The notes beneath the pieces were generated by a model. It had not been told where the DNA came from. It was given only the letters and a program-made list of their open reading frames with translations, and ran no database searches. A stretch of DNA of 64,000 bases from Vicugna vicugna (lineage: Eukaryota): contig MU063499.1 in NCBI GenBank assembly GCA_013265495.1, forward strand, positions 1,364,001 through 1,428,000. The letters are read 5' to 3'. The translations under genes and the position numbers were made by a program. Shown in pieces: positions 38,840-64,000 of this stretch; the stretch's first letter is position 1, and each line of letters begins with the position of its first letter.

Positions 38840-39260
38840 TGCACCACATGGTGGTCACTCCCTGCCTCCCCCCTTGCCTTACCCCTAGGCCACACTCTTC
38901 TTAGCAGCCAGAGGGAACTTTAAAATAGCAGATCATGTCACTTGCCTATAAAAACCCTACAGTTGTTTCCATCCCATATGGAATAAATTTTTTGTTGTTG
39001 TTGAGGGGAGGGGTAATTGGGTTTATTGATTACTTGATTTAAATGGCGGTACTGGGGATTGAACCCGGGACCTAGTGCATACTAAGGAAGTGCTCTACCA
39101 CTTGAGCTATACCCTCCCCCCACTGGAATAAAATTTAAACTCTTCCCTGCCCTATGGCCCTGATGAGCTGAGCCCCTGCTGATTACCCGCTGGCTCTAGC
39201 CTGGCCTGTGCTGACCAACTGCTGGCCCAGGGCCTTTGCACTGGCTGATAGCATCTCAGA
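38840..39260 (+). mobile_element. L2 fragment interrupted by a SINE
   Basis: gcagccagagggaactttaaaatagcagatcatgtcact...[SINE]...aaatttaaactcttcc...cagggcctttgcactggctg. Confidence 0.65.
38988..39120 (-). mobile_element. Camelid tRNA-derived SINE (vic-1 type) with target-site duplication
   Basis: Reverse strand reads ggggagggtatagctcaagtggtagagc...gggttcaatccccagtacc...cccaattacccctccc + A tail; TSD core TGGAATAAA at 38979-38987 and 39124-39132. Confidence 0.9.
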
Positions 39261-40059
39261 AGCTTTTCTCCAGGAGCCTGAAGCAATCCCCAACCACACT
39301 CATTCCTCTGTTTAGCTGGCTTCGGTGGCAGCATTTGCTCCCTGCGGTACTGCAGAGCAATGTCCCATGCCTCAGGGCTCAGTGACTAGCCCTGTCTCCC
39401 AGGTACAGGTCCCCTTTCCCTTCCCCCTCTCCTCCTAGTCACCATCTACAGGAAACTCCTGAGCCCTGGTGCCTGAGGCTTGGAGGCATCTCATGGGCTG
39501 CTTGCTGTTGCATCACCTTTATTAGGACTGTTTTTGTTCTTTCATTAAATTAAAATCCAGGAAGCCGTGCTAATGAAGGCCCTAACGAGTCACGGGAGAG
39601 GCTACCAGCCCCAGCCTTTGGAGAGCATAACAGGGAAGGCTAGGCAACAAGGTGAGCAGAGGAGTGGCTCCTGGGGAGAGGGCTGATTGTTTCCCAGGCC
39701 CTCGAAGGATCCTGGTTTCCCAGGGGAGGTGGCCTTTAGAGGCTGTGTAGGTGGCAGACACAGTGGCAAATTGGACCAAGAGCTCTTCAAGGGCAAGGAG
39801 GGGGACTCAGCTCAGACGTGGCCCCAAAGCCCTGAGGGCTTCCTGGGTCCCCTGCTGCCACTGATTGGGCAGTTCTCTCCCAGTCATATCACCCCGAGTG
39901 CCAGGACCAGTTGGATTTTCAGAGCTAGACGTGGGTCACTGGCTTGGAGATGCTGGTGCCTGCTGCAGGCTCATATGCACTCCTGCCTCAGCATCTCTTG
40001 AGCAATTGGGAACCTCCTGCCTGCCCCATGCCTCACTGATGCCTCATGGCTGTCCTCTC

Positions 40060-40430
40060 TCACACCACAGTCCTTCATAGTCCTTCTTGCTCTCACTGTC
40101 CTTGCCAGGCTGGCCTTTCTCTTCTAGGAATGCCTGGCCCCTTCCCACCCCCGGGTTTTTGCACTCGCTATTGCCTCCATCTGTCACTCTCTTCTCTTGG
40201 CTCATCACATGATCGGTTCCTTCTCATCATTCAGAAGTCCCCTCTTCAGACTGTTTCCTCCTGCATACCCCACCCAGTGGCTCTGTGTTACCCTGTTGAT
40301 TTCCTTGGAAACCGTGGAGTGCATGTCCCTGTTTCTGTGTTTGCTGTGTGTTCCTGAAGGGCAGGGTCCCAGCTGCCTCCCTCACCAGACGGTTCTCAGC
40401 ACAATGGCACACAATAGGTTCACTCCTCTC
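40060..40430 (+). mobile_element. L2 fragment
   Basis: ggctggccttttctcttctagg...gggtttttgcactcgctattgcctcc...ttccttctcatcattcag...gttcctgaagggcaggg. Confidence 0.55.
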
Positions 40431-43400
40431 AGATCCTCCTGCCCCAATCAGGTGGAATCTCCTAGCCCATCCAGAAATTTCTGGCATGGAATGCTGGGGT
40501 CTGAGCTCTCTAGGCCAAAGCCAATTGCCTTTGAAGAAGGCAGGTGACCGGGAAGGGGGACACTGGGCCCCAGGGCCTTCCAGGCTTGAGACTTTTTCTG
40601 GGGAGGAGAGAAGCCTGGGAATAGAGGTTTGGAAGGAAGGAGCAGAGCCAGCTCCAATCTCAAAACTGCTGCTGGGCTCAAGCAGGAAAGGGGAAGTGTA
40701 GGGGATATACCAGGAGGTGGAGCCTGGCTCAGGGCTGTAGGGAAGGAGCCAGCTCTGGCCACGGAGATCTAGAAGCAGAAATTGCTGAGATCCTGTTTGC
40801 AAAGCTGTGATTTGGTGGTATAGGGTCTTGCTGGAGACTCCCTGCCATCTGGGAGCCATGGAGGTGGGGTGGTCGGGATGCTGGACTCGGTATCCCTGTG
40901 GGGTCCTGCCTGTTCCCGAACTCTGCTTTGGGGCAGATACACCCACCCCGAAACTGCCTTTGGGGAAGTACTGGCAGCTTCCCCTTCCTGGAGCCTGTGA
41001 GCTGGGGTGTCACAGCTTACTGAGGGGGTCTCTGTTCCTCACCCTGTTCAGCCTGGTGCACGACAGGAACTCAGGACAGGCTGGACCTGCTCTGTGGCCA
41101 GTGGTGAGCCCCAGGCTGGTGTAGCTGTCCAGGTCAGCCGGTAGCTGCCACTTCTCCATTCCAGCAGGGATGCCTCTCTCAGTTCTGCTGAATGTCATTT
41201 CACTATTCTTTATGGTCTAGTTCAGGTAGTGCTGGTCCAGTGGGCACAGGGACAAGTCATGCCTCCTCTGGTGCCCATGAGGCCCTGCCTGGGCAACCAT
41301 CCTCTGCCCCCAGAATGACATCTCCCAAAAGGATGAAAGGATTCCTGGGTTCCCGAGTGTGAAGGAAGCAGCATGCCTGTGTGTCCGTCACTTGTTGACC
41401 TTGGATGGGTCCTGGCCCCTTCTGGGCCTCAGTGACCTCAGCTGCAAAGCCAAGCATTTCTCTAGCTCTGACCCTTGATTTTCTCCAGTCCTTCCCCGAA
41501 CCCACCGTCCCCGTCCCACCTCCCTGTTCTGTCTTCCTGGAACATTATTCCTCAGTGATCTCCTCTCTCTCCACATCACCTCCACCAAGAAGGCTCCCTC
41601 ACCTTCCCAGGAACCATTAGTTTCTCCCCTCTCTGCACAAACAACTATGGTGAATATTTTTATAGTGACAGCAGAATTAGTTGTTTATACCTCTCTTTGC
41701 TCCAGGAAGGTAGGGGGGTTAGACTTTGTGTGATTCATTCATTGCATTGGACAAATTTTTACCTACCACCCTCAAGGACTCTGCTGCAAGAGATCTGGAA
41801 TCAGAGACTCTGGTGGGAGAGACCCACCACCAGGATAGTGGGATCTGGCTGGGGAGGGGAAGCCCCAGGATGAGGGGAGTTAGAGAGACCCAGCTCACAG
41901 CCAGGGAATGAGAGACCGGGAGGAGGGATGAGTAGGGGAAGGGAATGGGGGGACGTTCCGAACGTTTGCCTACATGTCTTCCCTCGATCCTGAGCTCAGC
42001 CGGTGCAGTGAGCAGCTATTACTGTTAGGTCCATTTTACTGTTAAGAAAACTGAAACACCAGGAGTTTCTGGTAATATGCAGCCAGCAGGTTTGCAGACT
42101 GCTCCCCAGCGTCCTTGCTGTCAACTGCCACTCTACCACCTCTGCCTCCCTCCTTCACAGTCCACAGCATGTGTGCTGGCTTTGTCCTCAGGCACTGGGG
42201 AGCCACAGGAAGTTGATGTGCAAGACAGTGATGTGATTTCTTCCAGCAGGTTCCCCTTGGCTTCCATGTAGTGGATGGATTGTAGAGGAAATGGGAGAGC
42301 CAAGGAGGAGGCTGGAGGCAGAGAATAAGGGACAGTGGGGACAGAGAATGGAGATAGATTTGAGGGGGAGTTGAGGAGGGGAAGAAACTATCGGGGTGTA
42401 GGGGTAGAGAAGGGGGGCGGTCATGGCTCTGGCTGGCAAGAGGCCATAAAGTGAAAAGCCCAGGAACAGGGCCTATTAGAGGGGCCCAAAGTCTCTGGGG
42501 GAGACTTCAGAGCAGCAGTGGTGGATATGAGGCTGGTGATCAGGGGAGAAATTGGGCTGGAGATGACCTCGTGGAGTTCTGAGCCCCTGGAGTGGGAGGT
42601 ATCTGACTGGAGGAGCAAACAGAGGCCTAGCTGTAGCCCTAGGGACTCCAATGGAGAGGGAGCAGCCCAGAGCAAGGGCAGCAGGGGTTGCTGGACTCTC
42701 TAGAAAGAACATGTAACTGGAAGGGAGTGGCTAAGTGGTGACAAGGGTGCAAATACCACACTAATACCACAGGACCTGGCCTGGGCCTGGGGGAAGCCAT
42801 TCCTCCCAGTGACAGTGTCCTGCCCCGCCTCCATTGATTGGGGTCTGTGTCTGCCTACCTCTGGTGAGCCTGGCCTCCAAGGGGCTGACAGGTTCTCCCT
42901 GTTGCCTGGCAACTACAAGAGCTGTTGGCTGTTGCTAGGAGCAGGCCGTGGAGGCCCAACGAGGGAGGATCGGCTCTCCAGTAAGGGGAGGGGCTGGCGG
43001 GGGAAGAGGCCCGCCTTGGAGCTGGGTTTGTAGTCTGTGTGTGGACAGGCTGAATTCTTGGCTGTGTGCGCCCATTTTTACAGTGTGTTCTTGTGGATCT
43101 GAAGCACTTTGGAGGCTGGACCTATGTATGGATATATAGAGCATATCTTTCAATGTTTGTGTCCCTGGGTGGGCGTTGTGTGTTTCTGACAGATTTGCTG
43201 TGTGCTTATAGCAGGGCCTACCTGAGCTTTGGCTCCAGGCAGGAGGGTGCCCTGGGGGGAATCATTGGAAGACTTACAGACCAATGGCTCCTCAACAGGG
43301 GAGCCATTCAGATAGGGACACACAGGCACTCCAGGGAAAGCAGACAGCCTGAGGACTGGGAGGTGAAACAAGTTGTGTGCCAAGCTGGGAAGGAGAGAGT

Positions 43401-44059
43401 CTGTGCTGAACAGGGGGCAGTGGATGGCCAACCTTTGGTGGCCAGCTCCATTCCTGACTTTGTGGACCTTTATTCGTCTTTAGGCTGGGGCCTCCCAGCT
43501 CATGGCACTGGGGCCACACAGGACACCTTCCTGGGTAACCCGAGGCAGACCCTTCAAATGTCCATCAGAAGTGGGGGCTGTGTACTCCTGGAGAACAGGG
43601 TCAGGAAAAGACTGAAATGTACCGCCCGAAATGCTGCTGCCTCCACCCCACCTTTGCCCAGCCATGGGGTTGCAGCCACTGTCCAGTGGTGATAGGCCAT
43701 AATAAGATCACAGCCACTTATGTTCCCACAAGTCAGGTGGCATCTCTCTCTCTCTCTCCCTTAGGTCCTGGTTGCTGGGTCCCAGGTTGGAATCCAGGAT
43801 GGCCACCTGCGGGAGGATACCTCCTAGATGATCAAAGAAAGATGGGTAAGTCTTGGATGATTAGAGAAGGTACCCCTGCTGAGGGAGACAGCCTGGCCAA
43901 GGGTGTTGAGGTGGCAATAGATTTTTTTCTTACTGTTACCTAAAGAAGGGACCAAGGCAGCTTTAAGACGGAAAAAGGCCCAGTCCAGAGAGCTCCTGGG
44001 GCTCTGCAGATCCCAAAACAAGTTTATTGGGTTCATTAACTTTAACAAGTGACGAAGAC

Positions 44060-62411
<18,352 letters not shown>

Positions 62412-62963
62412 GGGGCAGCAGGGCCTGGCAGGACGGTGAGCCTGAGGGGGCTGGGGAGGAGCAAAGACAGGGTGCTGAGGGCCACAGTGCAGGGCACTGA
62501 GGAGGCAGCACACGTAGGCCCCAGGCTCATTCCGTTCAGCGGCCCAGAAGCGCCTGGCGGTGCCCTGGGGCAGAACTACAGGGCTCTCCCGACCTTCCTT
62601 GGAGAAAACTCAACTTCCTCACCAGCAGGCCACTGGCCTAGCTTGAAGTCTGTTGATGATCGAGGGGCCCAGCTGCCCGCCACTCAGTATGACCAGCTCT
62701 GCACTCTCAGCCCTGCCCTGTTTCCCTCGGACCTATGTGAGGGTCCTAAGCTGGGGCGGGCCCCACCGGCCCTGGGGGAGGAGGGGACTCTGTGGTGCTA
62801 CAGACTCCCCTCCCCCATGTAGCCCAGCAATGCACACTGGCTCCTGGGCAGCTACTGTGTCCCTGGTGGGGAAAAAGGAGAAGGGTCATTGTCTAGGGAG
62901 GTGGGAGGAGCGACACACACTGGCTACCTCCTGACCCATGCCCTGACTGTCCCCCACCTCCAG

Positions 62964-63960
62964 GGCCACCGCCGACTCTGCTCCCCCCAGCCCCTGAGGA
63001 AGATGGGGGCAAGAGGACCACGCTCCCCGCCTGTCCCCCTGGCCGCTTTTCCTCCTCTTTCCACTCTCTGTTCTTGGATCCCCTGTCCCCTCCCTCAGGT
63101 CCAGAGACTGGGGGCAGGGGTTGCCACAGGCCTCTGTGTTTGAAGCCCGCCCTTGTCCCAGGTGCAGGGAAGGGCCATGGGTACCCTCTCCTGGCATCTC
63201 TTCTGGTTTTAACCATCATCTTGTTCTGTGATGGGGAGGGGAGCACATACTGAGTTTCCCAAGGCCTGTGTTTGGAGGGGCACCCAATTCTCCGGCCTGG
63301 GACCCTTAGCTTCACCCAACACCAGCCCCTGACCCAGCCCCAGTCCAGATGTTTACAGGGAGCCTCCCGCCCGACACGCCTGACCCCCTACTCCAGGCCC
63401 CCCCCCCAGCCACTCGGAGGCCCCAAAGGAAAAAGCACAAGAAGCGTGAAACGCCACCATTCCTGGAGACCACAGTCCACCTGCTAATTCTCGTAGCTTT
63501 TTAAAAAAATGAAAGTCAAGAGAAAAAAAAAACTGCAAACCTAGAAAACTTTTTAGAGAAAAACTATTTAAAACTGTCCAATCCTGACCAGCGCCCACCC
63601 AACCCCTTTCCAGTGATTCTGTGCCTTGAGTGTGTCTGCGTGTTTACACCCATCCCTCTGCTGGTTGCCCCCTGTGTGGGCGGTGCCCTGCCCTCCACAG
63701 AATTGGGTTCCAAGGGCTGTTCCAGATAACTGCCAATGTCACTGAGGGCCTGCCCCTGCGGCCCTGGGCCCTGGCTCCATTAACCTAAATGTAGCTCCTT
63801 AGCGCTAACCTAGGAACCGCCGCTGCCTGCTGAGGGGCCCTGCCCCTCATGCCCTCGCCCCAGGCCCGGGACCTTCAGCGTTGAACACTTCCTTGCTTTT
63901 TTCACGTTTTATGGAATTGTTCACCTGGTTTGAAATAATAAAATGTAGAAAGAAAAAATA
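62964..63960 (+). other. GNAI2: GNAI2 non-coding exon 9 (3'UTR)
   Basis: Acceptor cccccacctccag|GGCCACCGCCGAC; AATAAA at 63937-63942 followed by tgtagaaagaaaaaa. Confidence 0.85.
63937..63942 (+). terminator. GNAI2: GNAI2 polyadenylation signal
   Basis: gaaatAATAAAatgtag. Confidence 0.85.
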
Positions 63961-64000
63961 CCGAGAACTGCTCCGCATTCTTCTCCCCCTCAGGGGCAGA

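Noticed and set aside
40227-40946. 239-aa minus-strand ORF (likewise 43066-43692 + and 45296-45997 -)
   Set aside because: No splice-consistent structure or domain, partly over L2 sequence, and no retrogene hallmarks such as a polyA tail or TSD

Overview
This is mammalian genomic DNA syntenic to human 3p21.31, with four + strand genes: the 3' part of SEMA3F (13 exons, 508-7204), complete GNAT1 (rod transducin alpha, 350 aa, 10537-13753), complete SLC38A3/SNAT3 (504 aa, 27485-32970) and GNAI2 (44620-62411). GNAI2 exon 6 is absent and is predicted to lie inside the N gap at 61469-61632. I traced exons by hand from GT-AG boundaries; phases and summed lengths give open frames of the expected size. 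Two tRNA-derived SINEs match the camelid vic-1 type as I recall it, and I saw no Alu, BovA/B or PRE1, so the source is probably a camel, alpaca or llama. Other repeats are old eutherian MIR, L2, MER63B, a hAT relic and an MLT1-like LTR. There are four short N gaps. I found no new protein-coding system; long ORF-track entries outside these exons look like GC-rich shadows. The best leads are regulatory or isoform-level: (1) a divergent CTCF motif triplet, including a perfect 20-nt duplication, between SLC38A3 and GNAI2; (2) an 81-nt frame-preserving candidate exon upstream of GNAI2 exon 1; (3) apparent breakage of recalled alternative isoform structures (GNAI2 intronic 'MR-' first exon, sGi2 C-terminal tail, distal GNAT1 3'UTR acceptor reading GG); (4) a decayed minisatellite rich in TGGAAA/GGAAATTCC motifs in the last SEMA3F intron. 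Comparisons with human or rodent sequences and with repeat consensuses are from memory and need alignment to confirm.
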